From: a virus
Taxonomy: Duplodnaviria; Caudoviricetes
DNA: 59,511 bases
IMG/VR virus record: IMGVR_UViG_3300003332_000138
Location: 1-59,511 of that record
Strand: one strand, 5' to 3'
Under the pieces are notes generated by a model. That model was given only the letters and a program-made list of their open reading frames with translations, searched no databases and was not told the DNA's origin. Shown piece after piece: positions 1-9,071 of this stretch; the first letter of the stretch is position 1, and every line of letters starts with the position of its first letter. Both the position numbers and the translations under genes were made by a program.

Positions 1-351
1 TTAATTTGCAGGGATGAACTGGCCGGTTTTTGTGTCTATGTATCCACCGGCTGCTTTCTGCATAAGGGTTCCATCGTCTCGCCAAAGATTGCCACCACCT
101 GCTGGTGTGTAATGCCGACCCTGGGTATCCCATTCAGGGCCTGTTTCCTGTGGGGTGATTAAAGTGCTTTTCGAGCTGCTACTGGTTGTTGCTTTCGCAC
201 TGCGTCTTTGTTTGCATTTGTCGGCGTCTAACCTAGACATCCGTGGACCACAGTCAATACTGTCTAGGCGGCTTTTACTCGATGCATTTCCCTGGAGACT
301 GAAAAGAATAACTAGTGACGCGGTTAAGATTATTGTTGTTTTCGTTTTCAT
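1..351 (-). CDS. Secreted hypothetical protein (moron-like)
   Basis: Signal-peptide-like N-terminus MKTKTTIILTASLVILFSLQGNA; AAGGAG upstream; AT-rich spacer from cI. Confidence 0.65.
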   Translation of the reverse strand: MKTKTTIILTASLVILFSLQGNASSKSRLDSIDCGPRMSRLDADKCKQRRSAKATTSSSSKSTLITPQETGPEWDTQGRHYTPAGGGNLWRDDGTLMQKAAGGYIDTKTGQFIPAN

Positions 352-451
352 TCCTAATACTCCTTAGTCTTCTGCACTACGCAGCCCTCAATAGTTAATA
401 TGTATTTATGCTAGTTGTAATTCTAGTATAAATACCTATATATTTCCGATT

Positions 452-982
452 CTACCCTGTCGATACATCTGAGCATCCTGCATCCGTACCACAATGCCCT
501 TTCCTTTTTTTTAGGTATTCTTTGTACTCTGGGAATTTACCTTCCATTTCCATACTCACCCAAGCCCACACTTTTTCCCCATCATCCTGGGTGTTGATCC
601 ATGAGGCAATATCGTCCATGTGGCGATTGGTGGCGAGAGTGGTAGCTGGTGTTTTTTTGTGTGGGGCGTGTTTACCCTTGCCGGACCCTCTTAACGATTC
701 TATGTCAGCCGTGATGCTTCCACGGTTTATTCCGGGCCAATCGCTTCCATCTTTCCCTAGGAGAACCCATCTGCCTAAGTCGAGAAACTCCTCATAGGTG
801 AGACCAATAGAGGCGGCTATAGCTATTCTCTTATCTTCAGCACCAGTATTCTCACCAGAAAGAATCCTGTTCAAGTAAGGAGCGGAAATTCCAGCTTCCC
901 TGGCAATTCTTGCCTGCTCTCCGCGCCCAATTTTCTTTATGTGCCATTCCAGTGCTGCTCTGAATTGTTCCTTGTAAGCCAT
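452..982 (-). CDS. CI-like XRE-family repressor (no S24 peptidase domain)
   Basis: HTH QARIAREAGISAPYLNRILSG; GGAGG SD before ATG at 982; divergent from cro-like gene. Confidence 0.85.
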   Translation of the reverse strand: MAYKEQFRAALEWHIKKIGRGEQARIAREAGISAPYLNRILSGENTGAEDKRIAIAASIGLTYEEFLDLGRWVLLGKDGSDWPGINRGSITADIESLRGSGKGKHAPHKKTPATTLATNRHMDDIASWINTQDDGEKVWAWVSMEMEGKFPEYKEYLKKRKGHCGTDAGCSDVSTG

Positions 983-1000
983 TTTACTACCTCCAAACAT

Positions 1001-1029
1001 ATTATATTACCTATTGGGTAATAAGTAAA
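1001..1029 (-). promoter_or_regulatory. PRM-like promoter TTTACT-N17-TATAAT with operator TTACCTATTGGGTAA (1007-1021) in its spacer
   Basis: Near-consensus sigma70 hexamers on - strand; 15-bp palindrome TTACC-N5-GGTAA. Confidence 0.75.
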
Positions 1030-1052
1030 TTAAGTATAAGGCAATTTGTTGC

Positions 1053-1081
1053 TTGACAGGTTATTACCTCAAAGGTAAGAT
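1053..1081 (+). promoter_or_regulatory. PR-like promoter TTGACA-N17-TAAGAT overlapped by operator TTACCTCAAAGGTAA (1064-1078)
   Basis: Consensus -35, good -10, second copy of the same palindrome. Confidence 0.8.
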
Positions 1082-1088
1082 GTTGCCT

Positions 1089-1322
1089 ATGAGACACGGA
1101 AAACAAATAAAGATAGCAAATTGGATAGGAGAGAGTCCGTCATATATTTCAAGGATCCTTAATGGAAAGAAACGCCCAAGTCCTTCTAGGGCTGAGGTAT
1201 TTGAGGGCGTAACTGGTGTTCCTATGCGTGATTGGCTTTTGTTGGATCACAAAAAATTGAAAGCGAAAGTCGAAATTGCGTACGAGGTAACTTGTCACCA
1301 ACAGCAGGAGACGGCCAAATGA
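1089..1322 (+). CDS. Cro-like HTH protein (probably leaderless)
   Basis: HTH QIKIANWIGESPSYISRILNGKKRPS; ATG at predicted TSS of PR. Confidence 0.8.
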   Translation: MRHGKQIKIANWIGESPSYISRILNGKKRPSPSRAEVFEGVTGVPMRDWLLLDHKKLKAKVEIAYEVTCHQQQETAK

Positions 1323-2059
1323 ACGAACTAATCAAGGTAAATCACGAAAAAATCAATGATCAGCATGTCAAAACTGTAAATGCCCGTGAGCTTCACGCCT
1401 TCCTGGAAATTGGTAAAGATTTTTCAAACTGGATCAAATCGAGAATCAAGAAGTACGGATTCACGGAAGATCAAGACTTTGTTTGCTCGCCCGTTTTGGC
1501 GAGCAGTGGAAGAGGAGGTCACAACGCACTCGACTACCATCTTTCCCTCGACATGGCCAAAGAGATATCCATGGTTGAGCGAAACGCAAAGGGTAAAGAA
1601 GCTCGGCAGTATTTTATTGAGTGCGAAAGGGTAGCTCAACAACCAATCGACCCAATGAAAGCTTTAAATGATCCTGCTGCAATGCGTGGCCTTCTACTTT
1701 CCTATTCTGAAAAAGTTCTCGCCCTTGAAGAAGAAGTAAAAGAGCAAGCACCAAAAATTGCAGCTTTTGACAGGATTGCAAACGCAGATGGTTTGACATG
1801 CATAACAGACACAGCAAAATCTCTACAGGTCCGTCCAAAAGATCTTTTCACATACCTTTCAGCAAACCAATGGATATACCGAAAGCCAGGTGGAAAAGGA
1901 TGGATTGCTTACCAGCCAAAACTACAGCAAGGACTCCTGTTTCATAAGGTTACAACCATATCGTTAGGTGATGGTCATGATCGGATAACAGAACAAGTAC
2001 TTGTCACCCCCAAAGGACTGACGAAGCTTGCCGGTTTTTTTCAGGAGGCAAACGCCTAA
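1319..2059 (+). CDS. Phage antirepressor (AntA/AntB N-terminal + KilAC/ANT C-terminal)
   Basis: VNARELHAFLE..DFSNWIK.RI, LSLDMAKEISMVERN.KG..ARQYFI; C-terminal QVLVTPKGL; AGGAG SD. Confidence 0.92.
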   Translation: MNELIKVNHEKINDQHVKTVNARELHAFLEIGKDFSNWIKSRIKKYGFTEDQDFVCSPVLASSGRGGHNALDYHLSLDMAKEISMVERNAKGKEARQYFIECERVAQQPIDPMKALNDPAAMRGLLLSYSEKVLALEEEVKEQAPKIAAFDRIANADGLTCITDTAKSLQVRPKDLFTYLSANQWIYRKPGGKGWIAYQPKLQQGLLFHKVTTISLGDGHDRITEQVLVTPKGLTKLAGFFQEANA

Positions 2060-2073
2060 CCTAGGGACCAACC

Positions 2074-2352
2074 ATGGCACACAAATCTAATAAACAACTT
2101 GAAGCCCTTCGCCACACGGTTACCGGCATAGGCTGGGCGAACCCTCATCAAGCCGCAATTTACATGGGGATTGCTCATCGTGACGTGTGTGAAATGGTTG
2201 CTAGTGGTGTGTTGGTACACAGCAGGATTGGTCAACGCAATATCCGAATGCGATATTCAGACCTTGACGAATACATGATTTCTAAGCGTAGCGCTCGAAT
2301 AGATATAGGTGCGATTGTTGACGATGTGATGGAGGGCTTGAAATGCAAGTAA
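2074..2352 (+). CDS. Excisionase-like HTH (HTH_17) protein
   Basis: QAAIYMGI...SGVL...RIG..NIRMRYSDLDEYM pattern. Confidence 0.7.
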   Translation: MAHKSNKQLEALRHTVTGIGWANPHQAAIYMGIAHRDVCEMVASGVLVHSRIGQRNIRMRYSDLDEYMISKRSARIDIGAIVDDVMEGLKCK

Positions 2353-2368
2353 GGACAGGGAGTAAAGG

Positions 2369-2533
2369 ATGGAAAAAGAAATTTGCGTACAGTGTGGGGA
2401 ACGACTGCCTGTTCACAACCAAAAGTGCGAGGCCTGTCTCACAGGCCCAGAACTTGAGGCATATGCTGATGAATATTGCAAAGAAGACGATGAGGAAATC
2501 CTCCATTTTAGCGGTCCACCGTGCGGTGGCTGA
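2369..2533 (+). CDS. Small Cys-rich protein, 54 aa (not in ORF track)
   Basis: MEKEICVQCGERLPVHNQKCEAC... two CxxC pairs; GGGAG/AAGGA upstream. Confidence 0.55.
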   Translation: MEKEICVQCGERLPVHNQKCEACLTGPELEAYADEYCKEDDEEILHFSGPPCGG

Positions 2534-2868
2534 CGAAGGTAAAGGCGGGTTGGTCAAACTCGCACAAAACCTCGGGGTGATAGTGTGTTACGCCGGGATA
2601 AGTCTTCTTTGTGTTTATCAATTTCTTGTGACATTAGCTGAGTACGGTGGTCGGTGATACTGATGAATCTACCGCTCTCCCGTCTTTATGTGATTTTTTG
2701 CCCGTATATCTGGCAAAAATATCAAGAGTCGGATTGAGCGCTTTTCCGGGCGCTGACATAAGTATCGGATGGTTTCTGACTTTGTTAAAACTCTTAACCC
2801 ACCCTGGCTTTACGCCTTGAGTGGGTTTTGGGGGTAGATGGAGATTGGCTTCATCTTTTTATAGGATA

Positions 2869-2910
2869 GCACCCCGGTTTGCTTAAGGTCTTACCGGGGT
2901 GCGTTTTCTT
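2869..2910 (+). terminator. Intrinsic terminator-like hairpin
   Basis: GCACCCCGGT...ACCGGGGTGC followed by GTTTTCTT. Confidence 0.65.
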
Positions 2911-2932
2911 AGAAAGAAAATACAGGTGAAAC

Positions 2933-3787
2933 ATGAAGTGCTTTTATCATTCAGCAGATCTTGATGGTCACTGTTCAGGGGCGATTATTAAACAGAAGTA
3001 TCCTGAATGTGAAATGATTGGGATTAATTACGGCGATGAATTTCCCTGGGGAGATATAAAAGAAGGGGAAGTCGTTTATATGGTGGATTTTTGCCTGCAG
3101 CCTTTTGTGGATATGGATCGGCTTAATTCTTTGTGCAATCTGCATTGGATTGATCATCATATAACAGCGATTGAGGAATCTCGACATCCTCAATTTCTCG
3201 CATCTGGCGGGCAGTTTCTTGACATTGGTAGAGCCGGGTGTGAACTGACTTGGGCTTATGTCCATGGATCGTCTAAGCCATACGAAATTCCGTGGCCGAT
3301 TTACCTGCTAGGAAGGTACGACGTGTGGGATCATTCGGACACCGAAGTTCTTCCTTTTCAATACGGTATGCGACAGATAGAAGACACGTTGCCGGATAAT
3401 CAGGAAATGTGGCAGAAACTGTTCCGGGGCGAGACAGATTATCTGGATATTGTTACACAAGGAAAGCTGATTCTTGCATACGAAAAATCTCAAAACGCCA
3501 AATTCTGCAATGCTTACGCATTTGAAACATCTCTTAATGGCTTCACAGCTATCTGCGTTAACCGTGGTTTTATAAATTCAAAAGTTTTTGATTCTGTTTT
3601 TGATCCCGCTATACATGCTCTCATGATCACCTTCGTGCGAATGAAGCTGCCTGCACGCACATGGCGCGTTTCTGTCTATGCTGAAACTGACGATATTGAT
3701 TGTAGCGCTATTGCCAAGGTTTATGGTGGTGGTGGGCACAAGAATGCTGCTGGTTTTCAGTGTGTTGATCTGCCTTTCTCGATTTAG
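2933..3787 (+). CDS. DHH/DHHA1 phosphoesterase (NrnB/nanoRNase-like)
   Basis: YHSADLDG, VDF, IDHH and GGGGH motifs. Confidence 0.9.
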   Translation: MKCFYHSADLDGHCSGAIIKQKYPECEMIGINYGDEFPWGDIKEGEVVYMVDFCLQPFVDMDRLNSLCNLHWIDHHITAIEESRHPQFLASGGQFLDIGRAGCELTWAYVHGSSKPYEIPWPIYLLGRYDVWDHSDTEVLPFQYGMRQIEDTLPDNQEMWQKLFRGETDYLDIVTQGKLILAYEKSQNAKFCNAYAFETSLNGFTAICVNRGFINSKVFDSVFDPAIHALMITFVRMKLPARTWRVSVYAETDDIDCSAIAKVYGGGGHKNAAGFQCVDLPFSI

Positions 3788-3793
3788 GGCAAC

Positions 3794-5473
3794 ATGATGA
3801 CACGACCATTACAACGCGGTCTTTTTGACGAAATGATCATAGACAACTTTGCCGGAGGTGGAGGAGCCAGCCATGGAATTGAGCTTGCCCTGAACCGTCC
3901 TATTGATGTCGCTGTTAATCATGATCCTGAAGCTGTGGCCATGCATAAGGTTAATCACCCATATACTCGCCACTTTTGTGAAGACGTATTTACTGTGGAT
4001 CCGGTGAAAATTGCTCATGGCCGCCCCGTTGGCCTTGCTTGGTTTTCGCCTGACTGTAAGCATTTTTCAAAAGCAAAAGGTGGTAAGCCGGTATCTCGTA
4101 AAGTTCGTGGCCTTGCCTGGGTGGTTGTTAAATACGCTCAGAAAGTTCGCCCCAGGGTGATCATGCTTGAGAATGTGGAAGAGTTTCTTACATGGGGCCC
4201 ACTTACTGCTGTTTGTGATCAAGACGGGAAAAAAAAGGTTGGAAAAGATGGTGGTGATGTTCTCAAACCTTGTGGACTGAATAAGGGTGCTACATTTTAT
4301 AAGTGGGTATCTACCCTTGAAAAGCTTGGATACTCGGTTGACTGGAAAGTATTGAAAGCCTGTGATTATGGCGCACCTACAATCCGTAAACGATTGTTCC
4401 TTGTGGCCAGGTGTGACGGACAACCAATTGTGTGGCCAGCACCTACCCATGGTCCCGGTACCGGAAAACCGTATAGGACTGCTGCCGACTGTATTGACTG
4501 GTCTATCCCTGCTCCTTCAATTTTTGAGAGAAAGAGGCCACTTGCTGAAAACACCTTGAAGCGGATCGCCAAAGGAATCAGGCGATTTGTTCTTGAATCG
4601 GCAGATCCATTCTTTATTACCTATTACGGGCCCAAGAAAAACGATGTTGATTTTCGAGGTTTCGGCCTGGGTGATCCGGTACCAACACAAACCACGGAGA
4701 ATCGCTTTGGTGTTGTTGAGCCGTTTGTCGTACCTATTGCCAATTATAATGGAAGTGTAACAGCCCATTCTCTGCAAGAACCGTTGCGAACCATTACCGC
4801 TTGGCCTAAAGGGGGTTCTTTTTCCGTAGTTATCCCCCATATCCAGAGACAGTTTGGGAAAAGTGTAGGGCATCGTGCAGGCGATCCTCTTGGTACAATC
4901 ACTTCCGGGGGTGGTGGAAAGTCAGCTCTTGTCTCTGCATTCTTGGCAAAACATTACGGTGGCAACTATACAGGTGCCGGCCTTTCTCCTTCAGAACCAA
5001 TCAGTACCATTACAACGAAAGATCATCATGCTGTTGTCGCTTCGCATTTAATCAAACTGCGGGGCAGCTGCAAGGATGGCCAGAGCGTAAAGCAACCTAT
5101 GCCGACGATAACAGCAGGCGGCTTGCATGTTGGAGAGGTGAGGTCATTCTTAATCAAATATTACGGTACAGCTTGTGGGCAATCTCTTAAAAATCCAGCT
5201 GCTACTGTAACCACCAAAGATCGTCTTGGGTTGATAACAGTTGCAGGGCAAGAATACCAGATAGCAGATATCGGCATGAGAATGCTTGCGCCCAGGGAGC
5301 TTTACCGGGCTCAGGGTTTTCGGGACGATTATATTATTGATCCGATTTTTAATGGCAAGCCTTTAACAAAAACGGCTCAAGTACGGATGTGTGGAAACTC
5401 TGTTTCTCCTTATCCGGCTAAGGCCTTGGTTGAGGCTAATGTGAAGCTTAAAGCCGTTAAGATTGCGGCATAA
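3794..5473 (+). CDS. DNA (cytosine-5) methyltransferase with repetitive insertion
   Basis: Motifs DNFAGGGG, SPDC, ENV, YGAPTIRKR, CGNSV; repeated PxxTIT units. Confidence 0.93.
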   Translation: MMTRPLQRGLFDEMIIDNFAGGGGASHGIELALNRPIDVAVNHDPEAVAMHKVNHPYTRHFCEDVFTVDPVKIAHGRPVGLAWFSPDCKHFSKAKGGKPVSRKVRGLAWVVVKYAQKVRPRVIMLENVEEFLTWGPLTAVCDQDGKKKVGKDGGDVLKPCGLNKGATFYKWVSTLEKLGYSVDWKVLKACDYGAPTIRKRLFLVARCDGQPIVWPAPTHGPGTGKPYRTAADCIDWSIPAPSIFERKRPLAENTLKRIAKGIRRFVLESADPFFITYYGPKKNDVDFRGFGLGDPVPTQTTENRFGVVEPFVVPIANYNGSVTAHSLQEPLRTITAWPKGGSFSVVIPHIQRQFGKSVGHRAGDPLGTITSGGGGKSALVSAFLAKHYGGNYTGAGLSPSEPISTITTKDHHAVVASHLIKLRGSCKDGQSVKQPMPTITAGGLHVGEVRSFLIKYYGTACGQSLKNPAATVTTKDRLGLITVAGQEYQIADIGMRMLAPRELYRAQGFRDDYIIDPIFNGKPLTKTAQVRMCGNSVSPYPAKALVEANVKLKAVKIAA

Positions 5474-5484
5474 GGGAGAAGGAA

Positions 5485-5679
5485 ATGACTTATATAGTAG
5501 GTGATTTGATAGATCCAAAAGAAGAGACAGATGAAGAATTCAATGATTTCAATTTTGCCTATGACAGGATGAATGAAATAGCGAATGAAAAGGAAAACTT
5601 CGTGGTCGGCTTGTGGGAAAAGGATAACGATTACGCTGAATATATTGCCGTTAACGGTGAAGTATTTAAGTCTGAATAG
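5485..5679 (+). CDS. Acidic hypothetical protein
   Basis: SD, operon position. Confidence 0.6.
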   Translation: MTYIVGDLIDPKEETDEEFNDFNFAYDRMNEIANEKENFVVGLWEKDNDYAEYIAVNGEVFKSE

Positions 5680-5942
5680 TGACAATAAAATTTCAACATC
5701 CAAACGGAAACATTCTCTACAAGTGTGACATTTGTGGCCACACGTCTTGGGCAGCTAACGAGTTTGCTGAGTACGGAAGTATGAATCACCTTGACACTTG
5801 TCCCTGGGATCTGCCTCACGCATGTTGTGCCAGGTGCACAGACGAACTGGAAAAACGAATAGAGAGCGGGGCAATGGTTCTGCCAAGATTAATAACTCAC
5901 AAATACTACTCCACCGTATCGAAGCCTAGGCAGGGATACTAA
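5679..5942 (+). CDS. Cys-rich hypothetical protein
   Basis: CxxC motifs, abuts upstream stop. Confidence 0.55.
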   Translation: MTIKFQHPNGNILYKCDICGHTSWAANEFAEYGSMNHLDTCPWDLPHACCARCTDELEKRIESGAMVLPRLITHKYYSTVSKPRQGY

Positions 5943-5954
5943 CGAGGGATGGAT

Positions 5955-6104
5955 ATGACAAGAACAGGAATAATGGGGGCAATGAGAAGTGTGTTCCTCC
6001 CGCTAAATGTGAATCAACATTTCAGTTTTCGGCCTACCCCAAAACGGATGAATAGTAAGAAGGCATGGAAGAAGAGATGTAAGCGCGCGAGTCGGAAGAA
6101 ATGA
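5955..6104 (+). CDS. Small basic hypothetical protein, 49 aa (not in ORF track)
   Basis: MTRTGIMG...KKRCKRASRKK; fills gap; ATGA overlap with next gene. Confidence 0.4.
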   Translation: MTRTGIMGAMRSVFLPLNVNQHFSFRPTPKRMNSKKAWKKRCKRASRKK

Positions 6105-6430
6105 TTGCCACAGCTACACCTTGCATCATAGTAGGTAGCACTGGAGATCCATACCTTGACCAGGCCCTTACATCCGGTGGGTGCATTATCTGTGACGAAA
6201 TATTTAACCCGTATGAAACATTGAGTTTGGAGCCAGACCCTACTGAAACTTACTTGTCCAAGGACGAAAACGCCATTAGGGCAACAAAAAGAATGGTGAC
6301 CATGGGGCGGCAGTTTAAAGCTCACCTCAAGTCAGTATTTGTGCCGGTCACGAATTTCGTGAGGCGTTCAATGTTCTGTAAGAGTGGGTATTTACCAAAG
6401 AGAATCAGACGCATCAGGTGTGATAAATGA
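6101..6430 (+). CDS. Hypothetical protein
   Basis: ATGA-coupled operon position. Confidence 0.5.
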   Translation: MIATATPCIIVGSTGDPYLDQALTSGGCIICDEIFNPYETLSLEPDPTETYLSKDENAIRATKRMVTMGRQFKAHLKSVFVPVTNFVRRSMFCKSGYLPKRIRRIRCDK

Positions 6431-6684
6431 AAACAGCAATAAAGAAAACATTTGCACTCATATTCTCAGACTACACGATATTGCTCCTCCTTACTTACAA
6501 CGGAATAGGAATGGGCTTGATTGGTCGAAACGACACAGCCTTTGCTTTTATTATCTGTTTAGCGGTGCTTGGTTCGAAAGTATCTCTGGATAATCGTCAT
6601 AAAGATTTGGTTTTAGCACTGGAAGCACATCTTAATATTCTGGATAAGTTTGTAAGGAAAATAGAGGAGACAACAAAAAAATGA
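6427..6684 (+). CDS. Small membrane protein
   Basis: Two hydrophobic segments; coupled to neighbours. Confidence 0.55.
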   Translation: MKTAIKKTFALIFSDYTILLLLTYNGIGMGLIGRNDTAFAFIICLAVLGSKVSLDNRHKDLVLALEAHLNILDKFVRKIEETTKK

Positions 6685-7388
6685 TTGAGAAACCCATATT
6701 GTTTTCTGGAGCTATGGTCCGGGCGATTCTGGATGGACGAAAGATTCAAACCCGCAGAATTATAAAGAACCAAAATCTTTCAGGCGCTCCACGTTCCTTC
6801 AAGGCTTATGATCTCGCTGAAGGTGGGTATGGTTTTGAGAATGACGATGATATTTGGAAATCACCATACGGTAAGCCTGGAGACCAACTTTGGGTGCGAG
6901 AGACATGGCGTGTTGGTGCCTGGAAGAAAGAGGGTTTGGTGGCGGTAGATTATGCAGCAGATAATTTTCCAAGGGAAGAATGGTTAAAAGTTACTGATTC
7001 AGAGCAATTTGAACGCCTATCCCAGCAATCAACAGATGACGCAATAAAAGCCAATACCCCAATAATCAATGATCGATTTCATTGGGAATTTGGCAAAGCT
7101 CCTACTCGTTGGCGGCCATCTATCCACATGCCTCGATGGGCAGCACGGATTTTTCTACGAGTCACAGATATTCGAGTTGAGCGGTTACAGGAAATTACAG
7201 GGGCTGATGTGTTTGCGGAGGGCGTTGATAACGGAAAATCAAACCATACAATGGGATCCAGATATGAGAACATGCAGCGCATGGCTTTCGAGGATCTTTG
7301 GGATTCTATTAATGGTAATCGTGAAGGATGCTCCTGGGAAGATAATCCGTGGGTGTGGGTTGTTGAATTTGAGCGGGTAACAAAATGA
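6681..7388 (+). CDS. ASCH/PUA-like phage protein
   Basis: PILFSGAMVRAILDGRK.QTRR, GDQLWVRETW, WRPSIHMPRWA, NPWVWVVEF. Confidence 0.85.
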   Translation: MIEKPILFSGAMVRAILDGRKIQTRRIIKNQNLSGAPRSFKAYDLAEGGYGFENDDDIWKSPYGKPGDQLWVRETWRVGAWKKEGLVAVDYAADNFPREEWLKVTDSEQFERLSQQSTDDAIKANTPIINDRFHWEFGKAPTRWRPSIHMPRWAARIFLRVTDIRVERLQEITGADVFAEGVDNGKSNHTMGSRYENMQRMAFEDLWDSINGNREGCSWEDNPWVWVVEFERVTK

Positions 7389-8218
7389 AACATCCAGTGA
7401 TGAGATACCACGGAAGCAAGTTTCGCCTGGCACCATGGATCCAGAGTTTCTTTCCTCCTCACCATACTTATGTGGAGCCTTTTGGGGGAGCAGCTGGAGT
7501 TATGCTTCAAAAAAAAAGGTCCATGTCTGAAGTCTATAATGACATGGACGGGGATGTTGTGAATGTATTTCGTGTTCTCAGGGGTCCAGATACGGCGAAA
7601 CAGCTGCAGCGCCTAATAGCCTTGACTCCGTACTCCAGGGAAGATTTCAAGTTGTCGCACAGTAGAACGGACGATCCTATTGAGAATGCAAGAAGAGTTC
7701 TGGTAGCAGCTGCAATGGGTTTTGGTTCTGCAGGAGCAACTAAACATACCACCGGCTTTAGAATTGATTCGGCAAGGAAGTATGGCACAGCTGCTCATCT
7801 GTGGGGAGAGTATCCGGAAGAGATAATGCACTTTTGTGACCGGTTTAAGAATGTAGTTATCGAAAACAAGCCAGCTGCTGATGTTATTGCGAATCACAAT
7901 AGAGCTGACACGTTATTTTATGTGGATCCCCCATATCTGCACAGCACAAGAAATATGGGGGGGAATCGTGGCTATTACCGGCACGAAATGACAGATGCTG
8001 ATCATGAAGAACTTTTGGTGCTCTTAAAAAGTGTCGACGGTTCAGTGATTGTTTCCGGATATGACAACGAGCTTTATAACGATTTACTTGCTGGTTGGGC
8101 GAAATATTCGAAGAAATCACGAATTTCAGCAGGGCGAGGAACGGCAATCAGGATGGAAAACGTATGGCTGAATTCTCGATGTCAGAGGAACCAGGCTCAG
8201 ATGAGGTTGTTTGGATAA
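7385..8218 (+). CDS. Dam-like (D12 class) DNA adenine methyltransferase
   Basis: RYHGSK, YVEPFGG, YND, DPPY. Confidence 0.92.
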   Translation: MKHPVMRYHGSKFRLAPWIQSFFPPHHTYVEPFGGAAGVMLQKKRSMSEVYNDMDGDVVNVFRVLRGPDTAKQLQRLIALTPYSREDFKLSHSRTDDPIENARRVLVAAAMGFGSAGATKHTTGFRIDSARKYGTAAHLWGEYPEEIMHFCDRFKNVVIENKPAADVIANHNRADTLFYVDPPYLHSTRNMGGNRGYYRHEMTDADHEELLVLLKSVDGSVIVSGYDNELYNDLLAGWAKYSKKSRISAGRGTAIRMENVWLNSRCQRNQAQMRLFG

Positions 8219-8232
8219 TCAGGAGTTTAATT

Positions 8233-9051
8233 ATGGCAGAAAATAGCAATATAGCATGGACAGATCATACTTGGAATCCATGGCAAGGATGCCGCAAGGT
8301 GTCTCTTGGGTGTCTCAATTGCTACATGTTCAGGGATAAAAAGCGGTACGGGCAAAATCCGTCAAAGGTGGTGAGATCGAAACCTCCGACTTTTAACAAA
8401 CCGCTACGCTGGAAAGAACCAGCAAAAGTTTTTGTTTGTTCCTGGTCTGATTTCTTTATTGAAGACGCTGATCCTTGGCGTGATGAAGCATGGAGCATCA
8501 TTCGCAACTCTCGCCATCTTACTTTTCTACTTTTGACTAAGCGGCCTGAAAATATAAAGGCCAGGTTACCTGAAGATTGGCCTTTACCGAATGTTTGGCT
8601 TGGTGTGACCGCTGAAAACCAAGAGCAAGCAGATAAGAGAATTTCTCTGCTGCTTTCTGTGGAGGCTTCTGTGCGATTCCTCAGTATTGAACCTATGCTC
8701 GGGCCTATTGATCTTCGCAGGATAAAGCCTTGGCACCTGAAACATGGGCCAGATGGGGCAGATTGTTTAAGTGGTGGTTCGTGGGGCCATGAGCATGTGC
8801 GACATATGGCAGGGCAAGATAGCCCAGGCTACTGCAACCACTCTGATGGGCCGAGAGTTGATTGGGTGATTTGTGGTGGCGAGTCTGGCCCAAATGCAAG
8901 GGAAATGAAAGAGGAATGGGCAAAGGATGTCATGGCTCAGTGTCTTGATTGTCACGTCCCGTTCTTCATGAAACAGATGTCTGGATCCACAAAAGAGAAG
9001 AGAGAAGAAATACCGGAATATCTCAATGTGAGAGAGTTTCCGAAGAATTGA
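8233..9051 (+). CDS. DUF5131 / phage Gp37-Gp68 family (radical-SAM-like)
   Basis: IAWTDHTWNPWQGC.KVS.GC.NCY, LLTKRP, WVICGGESG, PFFMKQ. Confidence 0.9.
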   Translation: MAENSNIAWTDHTWNPWQGCRKVSLGCLNCYMFRDKKRYGQNPSKVVRSKPPTFNKPLRWKEPAKVFVCSWSDFFIEDADPWRDEAWSIIRNSRHLTFLLLTKRPENIKARLPEDWPLPNVWLGVTAENQEQADKRISLLLSVEASVRFLSIEPMLGPIDLRRIKPWHLKHGPDGADCLSGGSWGHEHVRHMAGQDSPGYCNHSDGPRVDWVICGGESGPNAREMKEEWAKDVMAQCLDCHVPFFMKQMSGSTKEKREEIPEYLNVREFPKN

Positions 9052-9071
9052 TAACGGTTGGAGGGAAAACG

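Noticed and set aside
2343-2657. 104-aa ORF with faint CII-like segment
   Set aside because: No good SD; the overlapping 2369-2533 frame has an SD and CxxC pairs and is more plausible.
7509-7517. A9 run in the Dam-like gene (and A8 in the C5-MTase) as phase-variation tracts
   Set aside because: Short, in frame, Lys-coding; A runs are frequent throughout the window.
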